Shown one piece after another: positions 50,999 through 62,163 of a stretch of DNA of 64,000 nt. Within the stretch, counting starts at the first letter, position 1, and every line of letters starts with the position of its first letter. The notes under the pieces are model-generated. The model was not told the DNA's origin and did not search any database. It saw nothing but the letters and a program-made list of their open reading frames with translations. Both the position numbers and the translations under genes were made by a program. Source of the DNA: Macrostomum hystrix. Its lineage: Eukaryota > Animalia > Platyhelminthes. The stretch is taken from positions 5,518,001 through 5,582,000 of the forward strand of contig CATNEN010000034.1 in NCBI GenBank assembly GCA_950097015.1. The letters run 5' to 3'.

Positions 50999-51502
50999 GA
51001 AAAACGCCTACAAAACGTGGCCAGGTTTTTGACAGTTATAATGACGAAGACATTTCGGCACGCTAGTAACTCTCTATGCACTTACCCAGCAAAGCGGTTG
51101 ACCAAGCCTTTTGCCAAATCATCCTTTGACTGTGAATGAGCCTCGGTCTAGTCGGCGCTGGAATTGAGTATTTTTTATGGCAGAGGTCCTGCAGCAGGCT
51201 TGTCCGCACTGCTCTTGCTGAGATTATGAGCAAAGAGCACCGGACGGGGGATGGGCTAACCGTTGTAAATGCCTCACGGCCTAAGGGACAGACTGGCTCG
51301 GAGTTGGTTCAGCCAATCTCACCTCACCGCTCTAAAACTGAATGACTGGCCCATTTAAGGGTTGGTCAGGCCTATTGAAACTACGATCTAGTTCTGTCTA
51401 TGTAATCAGATTTTAATTCAATTGAGCTGATCTCAAGGATTTGCTGTTGGATGCTAATCAAGGATCCTGATATCCACCGAACCGTGCTTTTATCAACCGT
51501 GA

Positions 51503-51877
51503 GGGGGGTCGGTGGCAGAGCGTTTAACGCGTTTGCCTCCCCCAACACGGTCCCTAAGTTCGATTCCGCGGCGAGGCCACATTTATTTGGGGCGCAGCCG
51601 CGGAGAGAAGGCTTGGGGCTTGTCGTTCAATTTACGCCCTTGAGGGCCAACCGCCAAGGCACAGTGAAAGTGTACACTGCCTGAAGATGAGAAAGTCAGG
51701 GCAGATGTGCACACCTGTGTGAGCGTGTGCATGCCTGCGTACAGTATCTGTGTGCGTGTGTGCTCAGGAGTCAGCAAAGTTTATAGAATTGCCTCCTTGC
51801 TGGCTGCGGGTCTAGTGTCACTAAATGATGTGCCATTGCAAGCAGCCCTCCTGCAATTATTATTATATTATTGTTAA
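51503..51877 (+). mobile_element. Full-length SINE family 1 copy
   Basis: Highly similar to 42784-43150. The TSD is ttatcaaccgt (51490-51500) / ttatcagccgt (51878-51888). Confidence 0.9.
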
Positions 51878-51977
51878 TTATCAGCCGTAGCGAGATGAAA
51901 AAGTTATTTCTCGGAACAACTTCGAGTCGAATTCTGAAAGTACTACTACATAGTAGGCTATATCGAGTATTAATTTT

Positions 51978-53478
51978 TTAGCTTCTCTCTGTCCGCAGCT
52001 CCGCTTCATCCGGCAGCCTTGAAAGGAGGCCACTGACCGCTCGCAGCGGCCAGGAAGCTATTCGACGACCGCCGAGCCGATCGCCAACAATCCAGGCTGC
52101 AGCCAACAGCCGCATCAGAGTCGCCAGAGGCACCAAGAGAGCCAATGCCGCCGTGGCTGCTAGGAAAGCCAGAGCCAAAGCTGAGAGCCGAGGCTCCGCG
52201 GTCCAATCCGCCAGCCGCCGCAGCCGCCAGCAGAGGTCGCCAGCGAGAGCCAGGCCAGACACAACTCGAGGCAGGGCTTCCGGCTTCTCAGTCAGCGTTG
52301 CAGTCTCTTCGCTTTGCCTTTTCAGCGCCGCCAGGGCTGTGGGCAGAAAGCGAGTCTCGGCCACTCGGTAGGCAATGCAGGTCAGCATCAGGGCTGCCAG
52401 AGTGGCTGGCAGCAGCCGAGTCTCGAAGTTGTACACCACTGCCAGGCGACAAGCCGTGGCAAGGTGTGCTGAGACACCCTTGCTCTCTGGACCAATGTCG
52501 AGACAAAATGCGCCAAAGCTGATGACAGTGTCCGTGACGTCGGCAATAATGTGAGCGGCGCTCCACTGCTGCTCCTGCCGGAGGCGTCGTCGAAGCTGTA
52601 TGAGCGACGTCGAAGGAGGACGGAGCGTCCGCAGCGCAGCCCGCATCGGATTGTATACTAGGTCCAGCTCCAGCTGCACAGCACCGCGCGGCGCGAGCCG
52701 GTGCCAACGTTTAGCACCGTTCACCAGGCGAGTCAGTCGAATTGGCGCAGCGTGCCACTCTGTCGCTGATGTCGTCAGGGATAGAAGCAGAGGCTCGTGC
52801 AGATCAGACACTGGAAGCTCAAGAGTGACCGTCTCGCTGATACCGATGCCGGAGCCGATACTGCTGCTGCTTGCAATGATGCCGCTGACTCGGTGGACGG
52901 ATCCGAGGCAGGCGTGCAGGCGGATCTGGCCCGCAGGCGCTACCGCTCTAAGACCATCGGCGCGCAAAGCCTTGGATGTGAATTTAAACGGTTAATATAG
53001 TTGACATACTGAACTGCCGTCCGCACTTATCTTTAGAAATGGCCATTTCATGGAGCCTTCGGCATTATACTCAAGACAAATATACATAATACTGTCATAC
53101 TCGTACTGTATATAATAGTATACTGTCAAATTATTTTTCTGTGAGCCCGTCGATCAGCCCGCCCTCGTATATTTTTATTCGTTTTGTCATTTTATTTTTC
53201 AAGAGAACTGATAATAGTGATCAACAAAATATAGTAGATCTTGTACGCGTATGAAGCCTTTATTTACACACCCCAGCCTCCCTCACCTTGACCCTGAGCC
53301 AGCCAACATCCTCTAGACAGTTGAAGGTCCGCCGCCAGCCGTAACGCTCTACAAGTTCGTCTCTGCCACGTCGGCTGAACGGGAAGTCGTTGTCTTCTGT
53401 TGTCCTCGTCTTGTCTTCAGACTCAGCAAGCGGCTCTTTTCCTTCCTGAGGCTTCTTGAACGGTTCAGACTGTAGCAT
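51978..53478 (-). CDS. MCTP: MCTP-like protein (last C2 domain + transmembrane/PRT_C region); 5' exons not resolved
   Basis: Exons ~53478/53469-53287 and 52970-51978, with a phase-0 GT-AG intron 53286-52971. ELVERYGWRRTFNCLEDVGWLRVK|ALRADGL, LELDLVYNPMRAALRTL, hydrophobic hairpins and LLSRLPDEAEL parallel the MCTP C2C and C-terminus. Confidence 0.72.
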
Positions 53479-56400
53479 GTGTCTGGCGATTCATTTAGCT
53501 CAATCCTTGGGACTTCCCCGCTTATCGTTTGGTTTTTTAACACACACGCACTCACCCACACTGGACGCTGGAGCTTTTGTACATTTTGTCTAGCAATTCA
53601 ATTGGCTGGCTGGTTTCCTAACAAATATTACACATAGAGCAGAGAGACAAGCAGAGAGACGGGCTGAATGTATGATATCGCAATTCGCCCAGTCACATAC
53701 CCACCTCTTCTGTCGTCCATGTCGCCAAATTAAGGAGTTAATCTCATTGCGTTGCCTTAATTCATATTCCTGACTAATGAGTAACTTCTATTCCAGATAT
53801 GATATCGAATCGAATAAAATCAAGTGTTCTCCTAACCATGAAACAAAGCAGAGATTGAGAATGGCATGCGGCATGCTCTGTGTACTCACGAACTGGTTTC
53901 ACCTGCGCACAGTAGAAGCGCCTCTTCAATACACAGCATGGGCTTTTAGAGGCCGTCCTAGTTACAAAAATGTACTGACAATATCGATCCACACTTGGCC
54001 TGAGCCGCAATGCAAATTAGCTCTCGTTGTGCCGACCTGCCTGGGCTAAAAATGGCTAATGGAGAGGGATCCTTGCGAAAAAAATGAAACGTCACGGTGA
54101 AACGATGGTCAGCAAAAGTTATATGCAATGCCCCCACCAGACCAGCTTAAACCGAGAATGACAGCGAGATAAATTGCAATTCAGAGATATTATTCTTTCA
54201 ATCTCCCACAGGGCTACTTTAACTAGTGTCTTGTGTATTCAATGTGTCCAAAGACTAAAACACACGCACACACACGAGGACGTGTACAATGTGTGCAACA
54301 TCTTTCTGTCTGGGTGGTTTGTGGGTCCAAAAGGACTAATTACTGGTACACAGCTGCGCCTAAAATCAAAGGCAAGTGACAAATTATTTTTTCAGTGATC
54401 CGATCAGAACCTCCTGATAGTCAAAGTGCTATCCAAGTATTTAGATGAACTTTAATTGCGAGTAGCAAAAGAACAACACAGTCTTCATTAGTCAAGGAGG
54501 GCAGGCTTCAGATGTGCAGTCCAATAACTTTTTCTTTGCAACTTCTCTTGCACTTAATTTTCGCCCACCCAACGGCCTCCGGGAGGATAATCTCGTCTTT
54601 CCCCAGTCCACTGAACCCACCACATCGAGAGGGTTGGGGAGAGCTTGGGCAATCAACTGTCTCAGACAAGCAAATCAAAGCATAATCAAAGTTATCCTCT
54701 TCACCGTTGCACTGAATGGATTACTGACCAGAGACAGTGTGTGGTCCTAATCTGATCTTGATCCTGACATCAGAAGCGGTCTGCGCTTCAAAGCAGGCTG
54801 AAATTCTGGGAGACTGGAGGCTGAGATTAGTGAGCATGTGTCTGACACTCCTGAATATGTACTGACTTTGAGCAGCTACAGTTCGTGCAGCTGCAATAAG
54901 TAGCTTGACTTAACTCGCAAACTAATACGTATGGGAGGTACAAGGGGACAATACAAGCGGAGTAGGACTCTGGGATCAAACTATCTATATCGCATACATC
55001 CCGCGAAGATAAATAGTAAAAAAACTGTCGGAGCTTTTCACGCTATACACTAGAATTATCAAACCGGGATGCTTAAATCAATTGCTATATATTTTATGTA
55101 CTCGAATTATCTCAACCCATTGCTAGCATTGGAGGATAAGTAGGACACTACGATCGTATGGCAGCCTGTGCTCAGCATGTTATCAGTTCGCAAATCAGAA
55201 AAAAAATATATATATATTTGACACTTATACTTAGGGAAATATGAATTCACGCACTAGTTCGATTCACTAGTTTGAAGTCATCGACTCGGGTTAAATTCTG
55301 ACTCCCCCAGATACACTCGCTGACAAAATTGGCAATTGGAGCTGTTAACTGAATAACTACAGACAAGGCAGACATTTTAATTTTTCAGAACTTCCTTACC
55401 TAGCTCGCACATGCAGTAGTTCTCTGAATAGATTTTAAGGCACCTGGATTCGTACGCAGACGCGTATTTCAAATGGCTTAAAGTATTTATTTACTTAGCA
55501 TCTTGCAGCCGTGTTTTTGTCACAATGGGTCTCAATCCTTGATAGTTCTTTCGCGTGCTGCCAAATCCAGATATGCGTAGAGTTCGCGACACAACTAAGG
55601 AACTGAGTCTCCATTCGCGCAGTGTTGGGATAATGCGGGTTAGATTTCCCCAGTAGGACACAAGGCAACTACATCGTAAATCTTCTCCGATTTCTCAGCT
55701 GTTAGTAGCAGCTGCCAGCCAAGTCGATGTCATGCCTCTCTCCCGAGTTGATTTTTTTCAACTGCAAAGTGCAACAGAAAGCCAGATTTCGTCACCCTCT
55801 GACGCTTCAGCGACCCAGTGTGCCGCTTCTCGCTCTCTGCACCCGTTAGACAGACACGCCTGTCTACTTTTTTTCTAAATGAATTTGAGTCAGTTTTGTT
55901 AGGATTGAACAGAAAAATACAATGGGCTTATAGCAATTCTAGCTTCAAACTAGCTTACGAGGAAAGCTGTGACACGACACGCTTCATCTTTGTCTTAAGT
56001 GTGAAAGACATTCGCAAGCAAGCCTCCTAGCCATATACTTTCCTCTTCATCGACAAATCGATTTGTTGTAGCTCCAAAATCCGACAGCACGCTCTTCCGT
56101 CTTAACTCTTTCTTTTTGACTAATTTTCTGTCCCTGCTGTCCCAAAAACTTTGCGATATACCCAGCCGAGTTAATACTCGTAGCTTAAGACCTTCTCACG
56201 GTAATAGTTTGTGGCCTCGCTATTCAGTTCCCATATTGCTGTTCATGAGGCCTAGGGACAGATTCTGGAGCATTCGAGCCGTCAACAGTTCGTGTACATC
56301 GTCTAACGTTTTCAGTTTAGTCCGATGATTCAGTTCGAGTCATCAGTCGAAACAAGTCCAGTTTTAGGGCGCCGAGACAGTCTGCGGAAACGGATGTGCG

Positions 56401-56650
56401 CACTACGTCAAGCGTGTACCGCACAAAAATCCACTATTCCTTAACCCCTGACCTCGCTGAACCTGGGCATACACGCCAGGGCACACATACAGTTAGGTGT
56501 GTAGGTCTACCATAACTTTTTCATTTCAGGCAGTGTGCATCCTCATTTCACTCCCCCTGCTCCATTTTTACCTACTCAATCGTGTTACCATTTTTTATGT
56601 ACTCGTACCTCTAGCAGTAACATTTTACGTACATTATGAAGCTTGCGCAT

Positions 56651-57252
56651 AAGGGGGCGAGTGGGTCAGCGGCTAACGTCGCTGCCTCGCACTCCAAAGG
56701 ACGCTAGTTCGATTCACCCTTCAAGTCACGATTAATTTCGGGACTTGTTGGGGGGTTTGGACAGTAGCGACCGGCGGAGGTGCACCATATTTCGTGCAAT
56801 CAAAGCTTGAAATAATAGCTTCGCTCCTACCTTTCTGTGTGCCTGTTCTGCGTTGTGTGAGTTGTGTGCGCTGGCGCTGGGGCGTGAGACCTTGCGGGGG
56901 GTGGCTGGAGGGCGGGTGTACACCGCCGCGCGCTTTCTGGACTTCCGTCAGCGCGATTGGATAAGTGCACACTCATCACCCGGCCCCCCCTGAGGACTGA
57001 TTTCTTATCAGCCTTCCGCCCCGGCTTGGTCTGCTATGTGCGTGTGGGGCTGGGGTGGGGGGCACTGCTGCCTATTCTGGGTGCCTCCTGCCCTCCCCGG
57101 CTGGTCTGTGCTGCTGTGTCTGGTGCCTGCTCAGGGGAGGCGGCGCGATGGGCGCAAAAGCGCCTAGTTCGCCGGTCTGGGGGCGTGCCGCTCCATCGCT
57201 TGTGCGACAAGTACCCCGGGCCCCCCTGCAAATAGATAGAGATAGATAGATA
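56651..57252 (+). mobile_element. ~600-bp tRNA-headed SINE (family 2) with (AGAT)n tail and perfect 13-bp TSD
   Basis: Head gggggcgagtgggtcagcggctaacg...gttcgattc, GC-rich body and tail atagatagagatagatagata. The TSD gaagcttgcgcat is at 56638-56650 and 57253-57265. Confidence 0.82.
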
Positions 57253-58111
57253 GAAGCTTGCGCATCATGAACCGACCCCAATGCTGTCGAAATTCGATGA
57301 AATGACGACTTGGTGAAAACTGGTTGTTTTGTATGTTTTGTACATATTATACATTGTACATTCTATTTATTTCATTGCTTGAAGCTCTTGTTTGAAGCTC
57401 TCGTTTTCTACGAGACGAGAAAGCACTTCTATATTTTTTCTTTTTAGTTTCTATTTCTATACACTTTCTTTAGTTGGAATTTTGGCGCTTCTGCTGTAGC
57501 CGCATCGATAATCGAAGGTCGTTAGGGTAGGCCCTCATTACCTGCGTCAGCCTGGAGTCGCATCGCGTGACTTCCTGTCACCAAACACATCGCTTCCGCT
57601 CTCACAGTAAGGCAATCAAAACAGCAGTTACTGAGGCCGCAGCTCTGGCAATTAGTTCTTTTTCCTTACTGCTGAACAATCCTCTCGTATACCCTCGCGA
57701 GGCTAAAGGAAAACTTGCGCCTTGGCTCCTTCCTAAACAGCGCATTGTCTGTTAGGCAAAGCGATTTTTTAGCCAGCGAAAAGGGCACGTTCGTCAATCT
57801 AGGGCAGTGGATCTCTAGAGACGCTTGAATGCAAAGATCGAGGATCGCATTAATGTGTGCGAGTGTTTACAACGCAAAATGGAGCGTTTATCTCAGCTTG
57901 TGTACCGGTTCTGGTCAGAATTTCCAAGACCCGAGTGACCCATTCAGAAGGACTTTCTGCATTCCAATTTAAAAGATCCAGAAGCCTACCATAACTTTTT
58001 ACGAGTTTTCACATAGACTTTCTGTGGCAGAGTCACAGCCATTGTGCGCGCTTTCTAACGCTCTGCGGCACAGCTGTACAATCCGTGAACCCCAGCGGCC
58101 ACAGAAATTGG

Positions 58112-58240
58112 ATTCCCATTTTACAGCTGGGTGAACTAAAGCATCAGGAATTAAGTGTCTTGCTCAAGAACATAATTGCTTCCCTTGTGCTCAGATTCGA
58201 ACTCAAGACTTCTCAGTCAGAAGTCCGAAGCTGTAACCTC
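58112..58240 (-). mobile_element. CORE-SINE (MIR-like core) fragment
   Basis: cccattttacagctgggtgaactaaagc...ttaagtgtcttgctcaag...gattcgaactca resembles the reverse strand of the MIR/CORE consensus as I recall it. A related fragment lies near 49290-49400. Confidence 0.55.
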
Positions 58241-59883
58241 TTCAAGCTCCCTATTCGACAACCACAAAAATATACATAAAAATCGCTGAAGCACAGTTTA
58301 TATTTGCCACAGCTAAGCATAGATATTGCTTTAGACTTTATATATTTAGCTATAAGCTTAAGAGTGAATATTAGAGTTATCGGTGCACAACGTCCACAAT
58401 TCCTGAAATATTGGGCTATAGTTGGAATGCAGAGGAGCCAAGCAACGATCATTGATTTAGTCTTAATAAAGAAAGCAAGGGCTAGGCAGTGGATATAATA
58501 TGGGCATAAAAGACTAATTAGCAGCAGGTGAGTTAAAAAAGCACAGCTAAAATCTTAGTATTTCAGGTGTGCAAAGTTCGGGAATGACGCGTCTAAATTA
58601 TATGAACTTGATAAACACACAAGTATAGGGTGGGCTAGCGGTATAGACTGAAGTGATTTATGAATCACTTAAAGAGATCAAAGCATGGGAGAGTTTTAGT
58701 GACAGTCATAGCACAACAGGTGGCCAAGCAATATATATCAATGAAACAAAACTCGGCGAGTCATAAAAGGATTTAAATCACCGTTACCATCTCGAATGAC
58801 TTTCGACATTCGAGGCGCACTTTAGTTTGCGTTTCGTGGCTTGAAAAACAGTCATGTTTTAATTAGCGTGCGTCTAGTTATTTTTTTGGCCAATCGTGTC
58901 AGGCCACTTTTCTACCCCTCACAATCCTCTGCACCCACCCCTTTGGGGTTGATAATGTACATGCGTAAACTATTTCACTTCACCCCTCCGATAAGCTCAA
59001 TAAATAAACTTTTCATAGTGTTTCTTGGTTTGACAGAGTGCTGCTGCAGTCCAATTCATCTGAGTTGATTTTATCTCGTCAAAGTTTGTGGGGGTTGACA
59101 GGGGTAGAAAATTGGCATGACGTGATTAGTCAAGAAATTATAAGATACACGCCAATCAAAAGCAAGACTATAATTCAAGCGATGAAACGCAAACTAAAGT
59201 ACGCCTTCAAATCACCAAGTACAAGGCGCAAATTCCTAAAATAATTAAATTCAGAAAACGGTTATTATGAAAGTACGAGAAACTCGTAGAAACTACATTC
59301 TGCATTATACGGCAGAGATGCACAACGCATATTGTTTTTTTAAATGAACAATTCCAAACGTTCAAAATGTAACAGTTTTTATCAATTATTATGTGGGAGT
59401 ATTAAAATACAACAGAGTTCATTGCTCATCTCACCTGTACTAAATAATTTAAATCCTTTGTTCGGCATCAGAACAAAGTGGAATTTGAATTTATATCTAA
59501 TTTTCTTCAGCTGGGTTTGGCTATATTGTAATATTTTTAAACAAATTTCAAAATAACTTTCAAGCTGCAATTTCATTCTATCGAACCTACAGGCTCATTG
59601 TGAATCATCAGGCTTTAGAAAATTTTATAATATCTAGCTCTCACATGGACAGAAAAAAATAAGATTACAGGAAGATGACCGCCACTTCCGCCCGCCTCAT
59701 TTTTCATGCCGCAGTCAGTTCCTTTTTGTGTTCTCTGTGATGATTTTGCTATTCCTGAAGACTAGCCATGTTGAATCAGCTTGAAACTCCGTATTGCTTA
59801 CTTTCTGCGAGTACAAAGCGTCCTTTCTGTAGTCATGGCTTTCCTTTTTTAAACTGTCCATAGAAACAGCAATAGACTATTTA

Positions 59884-61335
59884 TCAGTTAGTCACAGCTG
59901 TCGCGGCTGCTGACGGGCGCATTTCAGCCAGGCAAAGTGCTTCTTTCTCATTGCAGCTGTCGCTGTCGCTCTGCTGCAGAACCTGCGCCGCGATTACACG
60001 ATTCGCCTGATTCTCAGACGAGCATTGCGGCAAACTGCTATCCGGATGCTGGTGTTGCTGAAGCGGCTGGTGGTGGCTTACCGTGCTTGTGAGAATCCCG
60101 GATGTAAAGTTTGTTCCTGTGCCCATGTTGCCACCGAGGCCGAAGCGATTACCGCGCGACGCTTCAGCGGCGTTCATCCGGGCGGCCCAGCGAGGACAGA
60201 TCGTCACCAGCATCGACTTGCGGAACGAGGCAGAAACCATGCAGTAGAGAATGAAATTGACTGCGCAGCCGGTTACCTGGCTCAGCGTGACTACATGGAG
60301 CAGAGAGTTCACCGTGTAGTAACTGGACACTCCGCTGATGTCGCCCTGGGCCAGTCTATATTTTAGGTCTCCTGTGATGAACTGACGACAGAAGAAGTTC
60401 ACCATATCGGCTGGCGCAATGGTGATAAAGAATATAGCCATAGCAGCTACCAGAAGTGGAGTTAGGCTGTCTTGCTGCTGCTGCTGCTTTTGCTTTTGCT
60501 TGCGCCGGCTGGCTTGATCGAATCGAACCAGCGTTCTGTTGCTGCTGTCGGCAACAATGCTGCTGCTGGCACTAGCGACGCCTGCTGTTTCGTCGCCAGG
60601 GCGGCAGCTGCCAGTGAGTCGATTGCGCTGCCGTAGACTCGCTCTATAAGCTAAAATGAGCTTCACATTGCCCACAATCATTACCACCAAAGGAAGCAAG
60701 TTTACAAGTATCGCGCACACCCATGGGTATACGATGCTAAACAGATAGTGCGAGAAGAAATCGCGCCTAACGCTCGTGTAGCACAGTGGTCTTTTACCAC
60801 AAGGCTCGTGACGCTCAACTTTGTACTTAAAAAAGTACGGCGCGTGTAATGCAAAGGCCAGGACAAAAATGCAGACGATTGCACCGCTCAGTTTTCGTCT
60901 AGTCAGCCAGGAGCGGGCACGCAGAGGCTGCCAGACGGCAATGTAGCGGCAGATGGTGATGGACATTGTAAGCCAGATGCTGGCCGCCAGGAAGGCAGAA
61001 ACCAGAGCGGAGCTCCAGACGTGGGCGTGGGTCAGCAGCCAGGACGAGCGAACACCCACCGTGACACTGAGCGGCAGAGACCAGAAACAGACGCCAAGGT
61101 CCGAGACGGCAAGCGCAGTGAGCGAGTGCGATACGGAGCTTTCAAGGCCTTCCCGGCCAAGTCGGCGGCGAATGAATACACTGAGGTTGAGCGCGTTTCC
61201 GGCTAGGCCGATGCAGCAGACGAGCTTCAGGGCCACGTCCAACACGACGAACTCGAACACCTTGGCGCTTCGAGCGTGGGCTGCCGCCAAGCGATGAAAC
61301 TCAGGGCTCAAGCTGCTGTTGTTGCCTAGCAACAT
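59884..61335 (-). CDS. Intronless class A (rhodopsin-like) peptide GPCR, FMRFamide/myosuppressin/sex-peptide-receptor-like group (483 aa)
   Basis: ATG at 61335 and seven hydrophobic segments. Motifs are GLAGNALN, LAVSDL, CRYIAVWQPL, LPLVVM and VNFILYCMVSASFR. There is an N-glycosylation sequon near the N-terminus and a 5' UTR acceptor tgtccccacag ending at 61345. Confidence 0.9.
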   Translation of the reverse strand: MLLGNNSSLSPEFHRLAAAHARSAKVFEFVVLDVALKLVCCIGLAGNALNLSVFIRRRLGREGLESSVSHSLTALAVSDLGVCFWSLPLSVTVGVRSSWLLTHAHVWSSALVSAFLAASIWLTMSITICRYIAVWQPLRARSWLTRRKLSGAIVCIFVLAFALHAPYFFKYKVERHEPCGKRPLCYTSVRRDFFSHYLFSIVYPWVCAILVNLLPLVVMIVGNVKLILAYRASLRQRNRLTGSCRPGDETAGVASASSSIVADSSNRTLVRFDQASRRKQKQKQQQQQDSLTPLLVAAMAIFFITIAPADMVNFFCRQFITGDLKYRLAQGDISGVSSYYTVNSLLHVVTLSQVTGCAVNFILYCMVSASFRKSMLVTICPRWAARMNAAEASRGNRFGLGGNMGTGTNFTSGILTSTVSHHQPLQQHQHPDSSLPQCSSENQANRVIAAQVLQQSDSDSCNEKEALCLAEMRPSAAATAVTN

Positions 61336-61395
61336 TTTGGCGCGCTGTGGGGACAGGTCATAGGGCGGCCACGATTTAGTTATGTAATCGGATTA

Positions 61396-62163
61396 ATAAT
61401 AATAATTATAATTCCCAAAGGGCTGCGGGCAGTGGCACATCATTTGGTAACACTATAGACCCGCAGCCAGAGAGGAAGCAATTCTGCCCATTTTGCTCAC
61501 AAATACCGTACGCAGGCATGCATACGCTCACACAGGTGTGAACATCTGCCCTGACTTTCTCATCGTCAGGCAGTGTACACTTTCACTTTGCCTTGGAGGT
61601 TGGACCTCAAGGGCGTAAATTGCACGACAAGCCCACAAGCCTGTCTCATTGGGTTGCAATTTCAGGGGCCGGTTTTAGCCGGCTCTGTAATCGTGCTTAG
61701 CCGACTGGGCCGTCCTTCCGCCTGTCTGTGCGTGCGGCCCGCGCGTGTGCATCCCTGCCGCAAGGTGGGGTGCTGGGTACCGGCCGGCAGGTGGGGGGTT
61801 TGGTTGGTGGGTGGCGGTTTCGGCCCCACTTTTATTTGTGCGCTCACGCTCTCTCGTGCGCGCTGCGTGAGCACTCTGGCTCGTAAAATGTTTTTTGTAT
61901 TGCTTTTATTCCGCTGCTTCGTGACTTCCCTTTTAATCACCCCAAATCCTAATATATATTCGCTATCGCAGGACTCGTTTCGACGCCTTTGTCGCCACGC
62001 CTGTGCCTTCCATCTTGCTGCTTTTGGCCCTGTTGGCTAAACTGCCACTATTTGACCGTCATTATTTGGCTGCGCCCCAAATAAATGTGGCCTCGCCGGG
62101 GAATCGAACTTAGGAACTGCGGAGCAAGAGGCAAACGCGTTAACCGCTCTGCCACCGACTCCC
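61396..62163 (-). mobile_element. SINE family 1 copy interrupted by a ~420-bp insertion (61648-62066)
   Basis: Tail and body lie at 61396-61647 and the head at 62067-62163. The TSD is atgtaatcggatta (61382-61395) / atgtgttcggatta (62165-62178). Confidence 0.85.

Noticed and set aside
54500-56400. Upstream MCTP exons (e.g. ESIWLGGLL, GLGKDEII)
   Set aside because: The resemblance is weak, in-frame stops are present and I could not build a consistent splice path.
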